Below, in pieces: positions 1 through 7,959 of a stretch of DNA of 64,000 nucleotides. Both the position numbers and the translations under genes were made by a program. The notes under the pieces are model-generated. The model worked only from the letters and a program-made list of their open reading frames with translations. It did no database searches and was not told the DNA's origin. Every line of letters starts with the position of its first letter. The stretch's first letter is position 1. The stretch lies in NCBI GenBank assembly GCA_944386555.1, contig CALXBN010000061.1, positions 15,255 through 79,254 on the forward strand, given 5' to 3'. This DNA is from an uncultured Ruthenibacterium sp. Its GTDB lineage: Bacteria > Bacillota > Clostridia > Oscillospirales > Ruminococcaceae.

Positions 1-42
1 GATGAGGGCCTCTGCCTGCATCCGGTCGATTGCATTTGCCAT
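1..42 (-). CDS. Probable major capsid protein, N-terminus only (runs off the window)
   Basis: AAAGGAGG RBS then ATG at 42 giving MANAIDRMQAEALI; lies directly downstream of the scaffold gene, where the major capsid gene normally sits. Confidence 0.55.
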   Translation of the reverse strand, partial: MANAIDRMQAEALI

Positions 43-54
43 AATTGCCTCCTT

Positions 55-585
55 TTAATCGCTGTGCCCGGCCAGCGCGCGGATGGCTGCGTTGGCCAGG
101 TCTTTCGGTGTGCCCGCCGCGGGTCTGCCCGTGGCGGTGTCTGAAAATCTGGGCGGTTTCTCGCCGCTGGCGAATGCAGCGGGGTCGCTCTCCCGGTACT
201 GCTTCACAAAGTCGTCGAACCCCAGCAGCTTGCCGTCCTGCAGGGGCAGGGCCTTGGCCTCCAGCTCGGCGGCAAAGGCCTTGCGGGCGCTCTCGCTGGT
301 GAACTGCAGCGCCGCTGTCTGCTCCTTTGCGGCGTAGGAACGCTGCAGCTTTTCCACCTGGGCCTGGGCGTCTGCCTGGGCCTGGGCGGCCTTGGCCTTC
401 CAGTCCGGGTCGTAGCCCTCCAGCTTGCCGTTTGCCTCGCCCAGCTGGGTGCGCGCGGCGTCCCGCTCGGCGGTCAGGGTGGCTTTGTCCCGCTTCAGCG
501 CCTCAATGTCGGCGCCGTGCAGGGCCATCACCTTGTCCACTACATCTTCGCCCAGCCCCAGGGCAGCCAGATCTTCACGTTTCAT
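55..585 (-). CDS. Phage scaffolding protein (GP20-like)
   Basis: MKREDLAALGL...VDKVMALHGADIE N-terminus, coiled-coil middle and KLLGFDD motif typical of Phage_GP20 scaffolds; GGAAAGGAG RBS. Confidence 0.8.
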   Translation of the reverse strand: MKREDLAALGLGEDVVDKVMALHGADIEALKRDKATLTAERDAARTQLGEANGKLEGYDPDWKAKAAQAQADAQAQVEKLQRSYAAKEQTAALQFTSESARKAFAAELEAKALPLQDGKLLGFDDFVKQYRESDPAAFASGEKPPRFSDTATGRPAAGTPKDLANAAIRALAGHSD

Positions 586-713
586 GGTTCTCCTTTCCGC
601 GCTACGCTTTTGTACGGGGTCGCATCCCGTGCGCCGGCCGCAGTTTTACGCCCTGCCCGGGGCAAATTTGCATAAAAATGGCCCGCCCCGGCCTCATGCG
701 GCCGGATGCAGGC
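586..713 (-). promoter_or_regulatory. Structured 5' leader of the scaffold gene (candidate GP20-type cis RNA motif)
   Basis: Minus-strand hairpins (e.g. ACGGG-ATGCGAC-CCCGT), A-rich GTAAAAC/CAAAAG linkers and two TTTTTATGC motifs upstream of the RBS. Confidence 0.4.
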
Positions 714-746
714 ATAAAAAAACCACGGTGCGGCGCATCGTGGTTC
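714..746 (-). terminator. Intrinsic terminator after the toxin/immunity pair
   Basis: AACCACG...CGTGGTT stem followed by a T-run on the minus strand. Confidence 0.6.
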
Positions 747-767
747 GTATTGGGTTTTGCTGCGCGG

Positions 768-950
768 TTATTTCATCAGCTCAATCTTCTCAATCTCCGG
801 CGCGAACAGCTCGATGCTGTCGATGGTGATGCTTTCCGGGTCAGGCTCGTTGTCCAGGGCGGAAGTGTAGTCGTAGGCGTGCCCCTCAAAAACAGATCCA
901 TCTTTCAGTGTGATACGGACGTTTTTGCCATGGGCTTCTTTCAGCGTCAT
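768..950 (-). CDS. Small acidic protein, candidate immunity protein for the Ntox50 domain
   Basis: 60 aa, acidic; start overlaps the toxin stop codon (ATGA); own GGAGG RBS; lower GC like the toxin tip. Confidence 0.6.
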   Translation of the reverse strand: MTLKEAHGKNVRITLKDGSVFEGHAYDYTSALDNEPDPESITIDSIELFAPEIEKIELMK

Positions 951-2488
951 TTATTCTCATCCTCCTTTGCCGGTACGATATGAGTGCCGCGTTTCCCGTA
1001 ATGGATCGCAAAACGGTGGGTCGGTGTGGCTTCTCCGGTGTCAGGGTCCACCACTTCCCCGATCACACGGTCTATGGTCACATGCTCCTTGTGAACCCAG
1101 TTTCCTTTTCCGTCCAGTTTTGGCTCTCCCGTGCCGCTGTACTGATCAACCAACTTTTGCGCATCTTCCAGTGTGCCGTACAGAAAACTGCGGTTTCCGA
1201 GGTCGCGGCCCTCCTCCCGGATGTGCTTGCGTTGGTTGCCCATGTTCAGCGTTTTCGGGGTGTCTCCGGAACGGATCACGTCAAGCGCTTCGCGTTTTCT
1301 CTCATTATACAAAGATTCCTGCGCCCTGGCAAGCGCCGACGCCCGGCCCGCCTGGCTGCGCCCGAACCCGGCTACGGACGTGCGGGCCGAATCGCTGCGC
1401 CCGCCGGTCTCTTTCACAAAGGCGTTCAGCTGCCGCCGTGCATCCCGCAGCCGGGCGGCCGCCTGGGTGCTGTCTACGCCGGCGGCGTCCTCGGCCAGGT
1501 ATCGGCGCTTGGCCGTGCGCACCCTGCGCTCCAGCGCACGCTGCATCTGGCTGATCTCATACCGGGTGTATTCCTTTCCGGCGTATGCCACGTCCCGGGC
1601 GTCCATGTCCGCCAGCTGCCTTTGGCTGTAGTTCGGCCTGGAAATCCCCGGATAGAACGGGTAGAAGCTGTGCCGGCAGTTCCACCCGCACAGCCCGGGC
1701 CCGGTTCCGTAGCCGGTGGCCGCCTCAAAATCCTCGTACCGCCGGCCCCGGTAGGTGACGGCCCCGCCCCGGTGGAACACCTTGCCCTGCCACACGGCGT
1801 GTTCGGGCCGCGCGCCGGCGTGGGCGGTCACCTCCACAAAGCTGCAGCCCATCTCATCCATGCGCGCTGTCTGCAATTTTGCCGCCGTCTGGTTTGCGCC
1901 GGTCAGCACACAGCGGCGCACGGCCACCTCCAGGGTGTCCTTGTGGCCGGAAGGGTAGGTGATGTATTTCATATCGTCGGCCAGCCAGTCCACCGCGCGC
2001 CTGATCGCCGTTTTATAATCGAACGCCCCGCTGGCCGTCTGCAGCCAGGCGCGGTCCAGTGCGCGCTCGAACGCGCCGGTCACCGTGGCCGCGGTGGTGG
2101 CCGTCAGGTTCTGCCAGGTGCCCAGGGTCTGCCGGTATCCCGCGTTCAGCAGGTTGTTCAGCGTCCGGCTTTCGGCGGCGGGGGCAGGGGAAAGGCCCGC
2201 CGCGCGGTACACCGCATCGTCGGCGGCCAGCGCCGTTTCCCCGGCCGCCAGCAAGATGCGGCGGATCTCCGCCCGGCTCTTGCCGCTGTAACGCGCCAGC
2301 AGGGCCGTCACGTCCTTTCGCGCCGCGCGCACCTGCTCGTACCGCCAGGCCTGCCAGGCGGCGGTGGCGGTTACTTCGCCCATCTTGCCGATGCGCCGGG
2401 CAATGTCCCGCAGGATGTCGTCCTCCACCTGCTGCCACAGCTTCACCGCGGCGTCGGGCAGGCGGTCCAAATCGTCCGGCCCCAGCAT
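947..2488 (-). CDS. Phage minor capsid protein (Phage_min_cap2/MuF-like) with C-terminal Ntox50 polymorphic toxin domain
   Basis: True start MLGPDDLD at 2488, coupled to the portal stop; HAGARPEHAVWQGKVF and GLCGWNCRHSFYPF minor capsid motifs; C-terminal NQRKH...IHYGKRGTHIVP matches the Ntox50 signature. Confidence 0.85.
   Translation of the reverse strand: MLGPDDLDRLPDAAVKLWQQVEDDILRDIARRIGKMGEVTATAAWQAWRYEQVRAARKDVTALLARYSGKSRAEIRRILLAAGETALAADDAVYRAAGLSPAPAAESRTLNNLLNAGYRQTLGTWQNLTATTAATVTGAFERALDRAWLQTASGAFDYKTAIRRAVDWLADDMKYITYPSGHKDTLEVAVRRCVLTGANQTAAKLQTARMDEMGCSFVEVTAHAGARPEHAVWQGKVFHRGGAVTYRGRRYEDFEAATGYGTGPGLCGWNCRHSFYPFYPGISRPNYSQRQLADMDARDVAYAGKEYTRYEISQMQRALERRVRTAKRRYLAEDAAGVDSTQAAARLRDARRQLNAFVKETGGRSDSARTSVAGFGRSQAGRASALARAQESLYNERKREALDVIRSGDTPKTLNMGNQRKHIREEGRDLGNRSFLYGTLEDAQKLVDQYSGTGEPKLDGKGNWVHKEHVTIDRVIGEVVDPDTGEATPTHRFAIHYGKRGTHIVPAKEDENK
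1304..1332 (-). promoter_or_regulatory. Sigma-A-type promoter embedded at the capsid/toxin domain junction
   Basis: TTGCCA (1332-1327), 17 nt spacer, TATAAT (1309-1304), within codons LARAQESLYN. Confidence 0.55.
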
Positions 2489-3861
2489 CAGCCGTTCCCG
2501 CCGAAGGTCAGCACGTCGCCGCTGCCCTCGCCGGCGGCCTCCTCTACGGCGGCCCGGGCCTCCTCCTCGGTCATGCCGCGCCAGTCCACGTTGTACCGCC
2601 ATTTGGGGATGAACCCGTTCAGGGCGTCGTCCTTGTCCACGGCGCGGGCGGTCTCCTCGTCGGTCAGCACGCTGTCGTGCCACACGTAGGTGGCCTGCCA
2701 TTGGCCGGCGGGGCCCAGGCCGTACAGCTGGGCCAGCTTGTCCATGGCATAAAACAGGTCGTCCAGGGCGTACTGCAAGGCGGATTGGATATCGCACACC
2801 GCCGCATAGCTGCGCTGCTTGGCCATGCGCACCTCGGTGGCCGTCTTTTCCACGGCCTGCGGGTCGCTGATGGTCCCGAAAGACAGGCTGCACTGCATCT
2901 CGATGCGCCGGAAGATATCGTTCAGCCCGGCCCGGTAGCTGGAATCCCGCAGCGCCGGTGCGAAGGCCTGATACAGGTTGCCCGTCATGTTCAGCCCCCG
3001 GCGGTACAGCCGCTGGCCGCGCTCGTCCATCACCGGCGTCCCGTCCAGGTTGGTGCGGATGGCCGCCTCGTCCACGTCGATGGCCAGCTGCCCGCCGTCG
3101 TACTCCCACAGCAGCCGCCCGTACTGGGCGTTGGCCTGGCGGATGCTCTGCTCGGCGTTGGCAAATACGGAAATGCCCAGGGGGCTTGCCTTGTCCCGGT
3201 TGTTCGCCAGGGGGATTTTGAAGTAGGCGAACAGGGGCCGGTCAAGCCCCTCAATGGCGGCCTCCGGCGCAATGTCAGCCCACTCGGGCACGCTGGCCAG
3301 GGGCACCTGCCCGCCCAGGGACGCGCTGGTGCTGCTGGAAAATGCCTTGTTCTTCACCGTCTCGGCGCCGTTTTCGTAGATATGCTGTTCCAGCCTTGTG
3401 AAGATCGTCCCGCCCCGGGTGATCTGCTGCACAAAGATGGCCCCCGTCAGCCGCCCGGCGGAATCGAAGGCAATGGGGAAAAAGCAGTCCGCCGTCACCA
3501 CGTCCACCTGAATCCCGTCGCCGGACACATAGGGCCGGAACACCGCCCCGCCCAGGGCGCAGGCGTATTCCACCGCGGCCCGCAGCCCCCGGCGGAAGGC
3601 GGGCAGCTGCGCGTCCATCCATTCCCCCCGGGCGCCCTCCAGGCGGATCTCGCTTTCCAGCGTCACCAGGCGCGCGAATTCCCCGGCCACGAACTGGGCC
3701 AGTCCCAGGCCGCAGCCGTCCTTGCCCTCGTCGCCGCCGTACATGGCCGCCCACTTTGCAATCAGCCCCTGCATCACAGGGGAAATGGTCAGGGCCGTAT
3801 CGCCCTGGCCAAACAGCCGCAGCACCGTCTGCCGCAGCCATTGCAGCATTCTGTCAAACAT
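2488..3861 (-). CDS. Phage portal protein (A118/SPP1-like)
   Basis: 457 aa between terminase and minor capsid; YACALGG, PLGISVFANA and KTATEV motifs. Confidence 0.88.
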   Translation of the reverse strand: MFDRMLQWLRQTVLRLFGQGDTALTISPVMQGLIAKWAAMYGGDEGKDGCGLGLAQFVAGEFARLVTLESEIRLEGARGEWMDAQLPAFRRGLRAAVEYACALGGAVFRPYVSGDGIQVDVVTADCFFPIAFDSAGRLTGAIFVQQITRGGTIFTRLEQHIYENGAETVKNKAFSSSTSASLGGQVPLASVPEWADIAPEAAIEGLDRPLFAYFKIPLANNRDKASPLGISVFANAEQSIRQANAQYGRLLWEYDGGQLAIDVDEAAIRTNLDGTPVMDERGQRLYRRGLNMTGNLYQAFAPALRDSSYRAGLNDIFRRIEMQCSLSFGTISDPQAVEKTATEVRMAKQRSYAAVCDIQSALQYALDDLFYAMDKLAQLYGLGPAGQWQATYVWHDSVLTDEETARAVDKDDALNGFIPKWRYNVDWRGMTEEEARAAVEEAAGEGSGDVLTFGGNG

Positions 3862-5088
3862 TCATTCCCTCCATGGCACCCAGCGGAATTCCCGGCACAG
3901 CACCGTCGCGGCGAAGTACCGCATGGCATCCATCGCGTGGTCGTACTCCTTCACCACCGCGTCCTCTGTCTTTTTGTCGTCCCATCGGTACAGCCCGGCC
4001 TCCCGGATGGTGTTTTCGCACCGTGCGTGGATTTTCAGCCGCCCGCACTGCATCAGGCCGGCGCACACGTTGATGCCCGGCACCACCGCGTTTTCCGCCC
4101 CGCGCACAACAAAGCGCCCGTGGCGTCGGATGGTCTCGATGAAGCTGGCCGCCGACGGGTCCACGATCACCGCTTGGATGTACCGCCCCGCCGCCAGCTT
4201 TTCCAGCGCCGCGTAGTGCTCCTCGTCGGTGCGCTGGGCGCCGGCCTCCCGGCTGTCGTAGTACGCCTCGTCCACCAGCAGCGCCCGCCCGTTTGCCACG
4301 CACCACAGCTGCATGGCGCAGGGGTTGTGCGTTCCGTAGTCGACGGAAAGAAAAAAGCGGCCCGCCAGGGTGGATGTGTCTGTATCCACCACCGGATGCC
4401 ACTGCGCGAAGCCTTCGTATACCAGCCCCTGGGCCACCACCCACCGGCCCAGGATGTACCGCTCGTAAAACACGCCGCTGTACTGGCTCTCGTACCGCGC
4501 CCGGGTCTCGTCGCTCAAAGCGGGGTTGTCCGCCAGGTCAAAGTGAATGTACAGCGCGTTGTGCTTTTCCGGCTGGCGGATCCACTCCCGGTAGTACCAG
4601 TGCATGGGGCTGGCCGGGTTCGAGGAGAACCAGAACCGCGCCCCGTCCACGCTGCACCGGGCCAGGGCCTGGTTGAAAAAGCTCTCGGGCATCAGGGGAA
4701 CCTCGTCCAGCAGCACGCCCGCCAGCGTGCGCCCCTGGATCAGCATGTAGCTGCTCTCGTCCTTGCCGCCGAACACCTCGAAGCGGTTCACCCGCGCGCC
4801 CTTGCGCACCTCCAGGGTCTTGTCCGTCCGGCGCCAGGCCATTTCGTACCCCTTGCGCCGCCCGTGGGCCATCAGGCGGTAGGGCTGGATGATGTTCTTC
4901 ACGGCGGAATCCACCGTTTTGCCGCATATGCCGAAGGTCTGCCCGGAAAAATTCTCCATGGCCCAGTCCACAAAAGCCACCGTCATCAGGCTGGTTTTGC
5001 CCGTTCGGATGGCCCCGTCGCAGATCAGCGCCGTGTAGGGGGAGTAGGGGAAGGACAAAATCCGCAGCTGCTTGTCACTGATTGCCAT
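3862..5088 (-). CDS. terL: Terminase large subunit (PBSX family)
   Basis: Walker A DGAIRTGKT, Walker B GVLLDEVP, SSNP motif, DYGTHNP and DHAMDAMRY nuclease motifs; start refined to MAISDKQ. Confidence 0.93.
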   Translation of the reverse strand: MAISDKQLRILSFPYSPYTALICDGAIRTGKTSLMTVAFVDWAMENFSGQTFGICGKTVDSAVKNIIQPYRLMAHGRRKGYEMAWRRTDKTLEVRKGARVNRFEVFGGKDESSYMLIQGRTLAGVLLDEVPLMPESFFNQALARCSVDGARFWFSSNPASPMHWYYREWIRQPEKHNALYIHFDLADNPALSDETRARYESQYSGVFYERYILGRWVVAQGLVYEGFAQWHPVVDTDTSTLAGRFFLSVDYGTHNPCAMQLWCVANGRALLVDEAYYDSREAGAQRTDEEHYAALEKLAAGRYIQAVIVDPSAASFIETIRRHGRFVVRGAENAVVPGINVCAGLMQCGRLKIHARCENTIREAGLYRWDDKKTEDAVVKEYDHAMDAMRYFAATVLCREFRWVPWRE

Positions 5089-5518
5089 ACTGCCCCTCCG
5101 CATATTCCCGCAGCGCCCGGCTCAGCGGGTCCTCCGGCGGCTGCTCTTCGGCCGCGCGGCTTTGCTCCAGCCAGCGGAAGTTGTGCTCCAGGCTGAACTG
5201 GGCGCCCCGCGCGCCGTCCCGGTCGTACAGGCGGCGCTCGGCGTATTCCTCGCACCGGGCCTTCGCGCGCGTTATCGTGTTACAAAATGCCTTTCGGCCC
5301 TGATAGTCCAGCAGCTGCTTTCGCCCGGTAAACCCCAGCGCCAGCGCCAGGCCCGTCACCGTGGGCGGGTGGGCGTCCACAATCACCGGCGCGCCGTATT
5401 TGTCGGTGACGGCCTTGCCCTCCCCGTCCAGCAGGGGCGTGCCGGCGCATTCCTCGAAGTAGGCGTCGATGGCCTGCTGCAGCTGCGCTGCGGTTTTGTA
5501 TTTCAGCGGCCGCGCCAA
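5075..5518 (-). CDS. terS: Terminase small subunit (DNA-packaging gp3-like)
   Basis: TTG start at 5518 after AGGAGGTG; RP-KY-T...IDAYF...PTVTGLALALGF pattern; overlaps the terL start. Confidence 0.78.
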   Translation of the reverse strand: MARPLKYKTAAQLQQAIDAYFEECAGTPLLDGEGKAVTDKYGAPVIVDAHPPTVTGLALALGFTGRKQLLDYQGRKAFCNTITRAKARCEEYAERRLYDRDGARGAQFSLEHNFRWLEQSRAAEEQPPEDPLSRALREYAEGQYGNQ

Positions 5519-5596
5519 CGGCGTCACCTCCTGTCGGCCCACCATAACGAAAGGGCCGCCCCGGCGGGGCAGCCCTTCGCAAAATTCCACATTAAC

Positions 5597-5640
5597 AGTA
5601 TACCACAGAAAACGGGAAAAAACTTCCCCTCTTTTTCCCA
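5597..5640 (-). promoter_or_regulatory. Putative late promoter upstream of terS
   Basis: Extended -10 TGGTATACT (5605-5597) without a consensus -35, preceded by GGGAAAAA/GGGAAG purine runs; position typical of activator-dependent late promoters. Confidence 0.4.
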
Positions 5641-5697
5641 ACTTTTCCACCGGACAGAAAAAGCGGAAGAAAATTGCTTCCCTTCCGCCGAATCTCT

Positions 5698-6129
5698 TTA
5701 TTTTGCGGTGTCATCATCGTCTATCAGCTGTGGCGGTGTGATGAGCGGAATCATCGACGACCACTTCATAATCGAGGCGATCAGGAGGGACATATCGTTC
5801 GGCGCAAACGAAACAAACTGCGCTTTGTTTTCCTCGACAGTTCTTACAAGCTGGTCAAAATCCAATGAATCTACATCGCTTTTTATATGAGCCTGAATCT
5901 GGTATGTGATTTTAATGCTATAGTTTTCATCTTTTGAAATGAGTTCTCTGCTGAGTGTCGCAAGGAAAATATTGGTTTTATTTTTGACGTTTGGTTTGAT
6001 CGAATAATTTCCAAGCCGGTCCTTAATGTTGAGGTTTAAGTGCTGTCCAACAGTCATGTCCAGTTGATTGCTAAAATTAATACCGATCAGCACAATAGAA
6101 GCTTCAGAAAATGCGTCATTCAATTTCAT
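5698..6129 (-). CDS. SecB-like chaperone
   Basis: 143 aa; four alternating hydrophobic beta-strand segments, then an amphipathic helix and MSLLIASIMKWSSMIPLITPP, matching the SecB-family C-terminal ...PxLxLPP pattern; AAGGAG RBS; cotranscribed after hicB. Confidence 0.7.
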   Translation of the reverse strand: MKLNDAFSEASIVLIGINFSNQLDMTVGQHLNLNIKDRLGNYSIKPNVKNKTNIFLATLSRELISKDENYSIKITYQIQAHIKSDVDSLDFDQLVRTVEENKAQFVSFAPNDMSLLIASIMKWSSMIPLITPPQLIDDDDTAK

Positions 6130-6144
6130 CGTCTCACTCCTTCG

Positions 6145-6624
6145 TTAACTGATTGCAAAGTTGTAAGGGTTTGTTTCCGGAAAAGGCAAACTTTTTGTTG
6201 CAAGCAGTTGGTCTTTTGACTGGGGATTAGAAACTACGCTGGAAAACACCTGGACAGGAATGCTCATGGTTGAAGGGATGAACTCAGGTTGTCTTACCAG
6301 TTCATCTTCCACTGCCTTGTTGATCCACTCATTTAGGCTGATCCCATCGTCCATCGCTGCATAATAAGCCTTTTTGTGCAAATCTGGTGTTACGCGGACA
6401 TTGAAGCTTCCAGAGAACTGGCGCTCGGGTTCTTTCCCAATGTCTTTGCACATTTCCAAGTAATCATCAATCAGGGCGTGAAACTGCGGTTCCACTTCAT
6501 CTGCAGATTCGCAGGCAAAAGACAGCGTATCCGATAATCCGTGGATCCTTCCAACCAAAAGGCGATCTTCTGTACTGTATTCAATCGTCGCTGCATAACC
6601 TTTGTACTTCAATACGTTGCTCAT
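6145..6624 (-). CDS. hicB: HicB-family antitoxin with a ~45 aa C-terminal extension
   Basis: MSNVLKYKGYAATIEYS...GRIHGL, FSGSFNVRV..DLHKKA..A...GISLNEWI (RHH domain), followed by an extra tail ending PFPETNPYNFAIS. Confidence 0.9.
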   Translation of the reverse strand: MSNVLKYKGYAATIEYSTEDRLLVGRIHGLSDTLSFACESADEVEPQFHALIDDYLEMCKDIGKEPERQFSGSFNVRVTPDLHKKAYYAAMDDGISLNEWINKAVEDELVRQPEFIPSTMSIPVQVFSSVVSNPQSKDQLLATKSLPFPETNPYNFAIS

Positions 6625-6881
6625 AATAGCCCCTTCTCTCTCAGATGCTTAATCATGTCATCTACTGCATACAGTTTCAATTCATCTCCCGGATGTGGTG
6701 CGTGTGTCCTGAAAATAGCCTTCGTTTGAGGGTTATAGTATGCGATTCTTGATCCGGATGTTTTTCCTTGGTTATACCGCACATAACCAAAGTGAGTAAA
6801 GAGCTGGTCGGCTTCCTGAAGCGTGAAGTCTCTTGGCCTACTCAATATGCGCGCTTTCAGTTTATCAATTCTTCCTCCCAC
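6621..6881 (-). CDS. hicA: HicA-family toxin (mRNA interferase)
   Basis: GTG start at 6881; RPRDFT...FGY...GKTSGSR...HAPHP..ELKLY motif; ATGA overlap with hicB. Confidence 0.88.
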   Translation of the reverse strand: MGGRIDKLKARILSRPRDFTLQEADQLFTHFGYVRYNQGKTSGSRIAYYNPQTKAIFRTHAPHPGDELKLYAVDDMIKHLREKGLL

Positions 6882-6930
6882 GCCCCCACATCCTTCCTGC
6901 ATACTGCAACTACGATTCAGTTGCAATCTT

Positions 6931-6960
6931 ATTATATGCAGATTTCTACGTCAATGTCAA
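6931..6960 (-). promoter_or_regulatory. Consensus sigma-A promoter of the hicA-hicB-secB-like operon
   Basis: TTGACA (6960-6955), 18 nt spacer, TATAAT (6936-6931). Confidence 0.7.
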
Positions 6961-6984
6961 GTAATTGCGCTCCGCGGAAGATAC

Positions 6985-7422
6985 TTACACCTCCACCACG
7001 CCGTACCGCGCCAGGGTGAAGGCCCGCAGGGCGGCGTCCTTGGTGCGGTACACCTGGCTTTGCTCCATGCCCCAGGCCTCGGCCAGGGCCTGCACGTGGC
7101 CCGGTGCGCGGCAGATGTAAAAGCGGGTCAGCACGTCCCGCTGCACGTCCGTCAGCGTGGCCAGCCCCCGCTCCACGGCGGCCACCTGGCGGCGGGCCAG
7201 GCGGTAGGCCTCGCGCTTGCGCTGCAGCTCGTCCAGCGCGCTGATCAGCCGCTCCTCGCCGGTGGAGCTTCCGCCCTGCACGGACACCGCGTCGGCCGCC
7301 GGGCTGCGGGTGCCGTACACCTTCGCCTGCAGCGCGGCAATCTCCCCGGCCAGGCTCTCCAGCGCCGCCTTGCGCCGCTGGTGCTGGGCCAGATCGTTGG
7401 CGGCCTCTTTCTTCCAGTCCAT
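6985..7422 (-). CDS. Phage late transcriptional activator (ArpU/DUF1492-like, sigma-70 region 4 fold)
   Basis: MDWKKEAANDL...; C-terminal LTDVQRDVLTRFY...EQSQVYRTKDAALRAF helix-turn-helix; typical position upstream of terS. Confidence 0.75.
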   Translation of the reverse strand: MDWKKEAANDLAQHQRRKAALESLAGEIAALQAKVYGTRSPAADAVSVQGGSSTGEERLISALDELQRKREAYRLARRQVAAVERGLATLTDVQRDVLTRFYICRAPGHVQALAEAWGMEQSQVYRTKDAALRAFTLARYGVVEV

Positions 7423-7519
7423 CGTCATCACCTCCCTTCGTGCCGGCCGTTTCCGCCGCCCTGCCCCCACACCCGGCAGCCCGGCCGGGCGGCCGGCAGC
7501 CCCGCAAACACCAGCGCCC

Positions 7520-7924
7520 TCACGAGAGCGCCTCCAGGTACACCCAGATGCCTGGGGCGGCGGCCCAGAACTTTTCGCACAGCTCGCTGGCCACTTGGGC
7601 GTCGTCGGCCCAGAAGCCCAGGGCGGTCATTGTGTCCTTCAGGGCCTTCTGCAGGTTGTCGGTGTCGGGGCGGGTGGTTTTCCACTCCCCGTCGGCGTGG
7701 CCGCCGGCCAGGGGGAACAGCCACTTGACGGCCAGCCGCACAGGGCCTTTCAGCGGCGCGGCGGGCCGGTGGGGCGCCAGGTGGGCGTGCAGCTTGGCCC
7801 GGGCCGCGCGCAGCCCGGCGCTGTCGTGCAGCACGGCCCGGGGGCGGCCGTCCTTCAGGTAGGCGTGCAGCTGCTTGTTCTGGTGGGTCGCCGTGGGCGG
7901 GATCATGGGCAGGAAAAATTGCAT
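7520..7924 (-). CDS. rusA: RusA-family Holliday junction resolvase
   Basis: Start MQFFLPMIPPTATHQ; TRPDTDNLQKALKD and WADDAQV acidic catalytic motifs. Confidence 0.85.
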   Translation of the reverse strand: MQFFLPMIPPTATHQNKQLHAYLKDGRPRAVLHDSAGLRAARAKLHAHLAPHRPAAPLKGPVRLAVKWLFPLAGGHADGEWKTTRPDTDNLQKALKDTMTALGFWADDAQVASELCEKFWAAAPGIWVYLEALS

Positions 7925-7959
7925 GGCGGGATTCTCCTTTCTTTTTTTGGCGCCCGTGT

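Noticed and set aside
2489-3109. N-terminal extension of the 720 aa minor-capsid ORF
   Set aside because: It overlaps the portal gene in another frame; the true start is the ATG at 2488 coupled to the portal stop.
2059-5196. 1045 aa plus-strand ORF (also 8493-12143, 37715-40879, 48950-51160 and many others in the track)
   Set aside because: Shadow ORFs antisense to or frame-shifted against clear genes; Arg/Pro/Gly/Ala-rich with no motifs, as expected at this high GC content.
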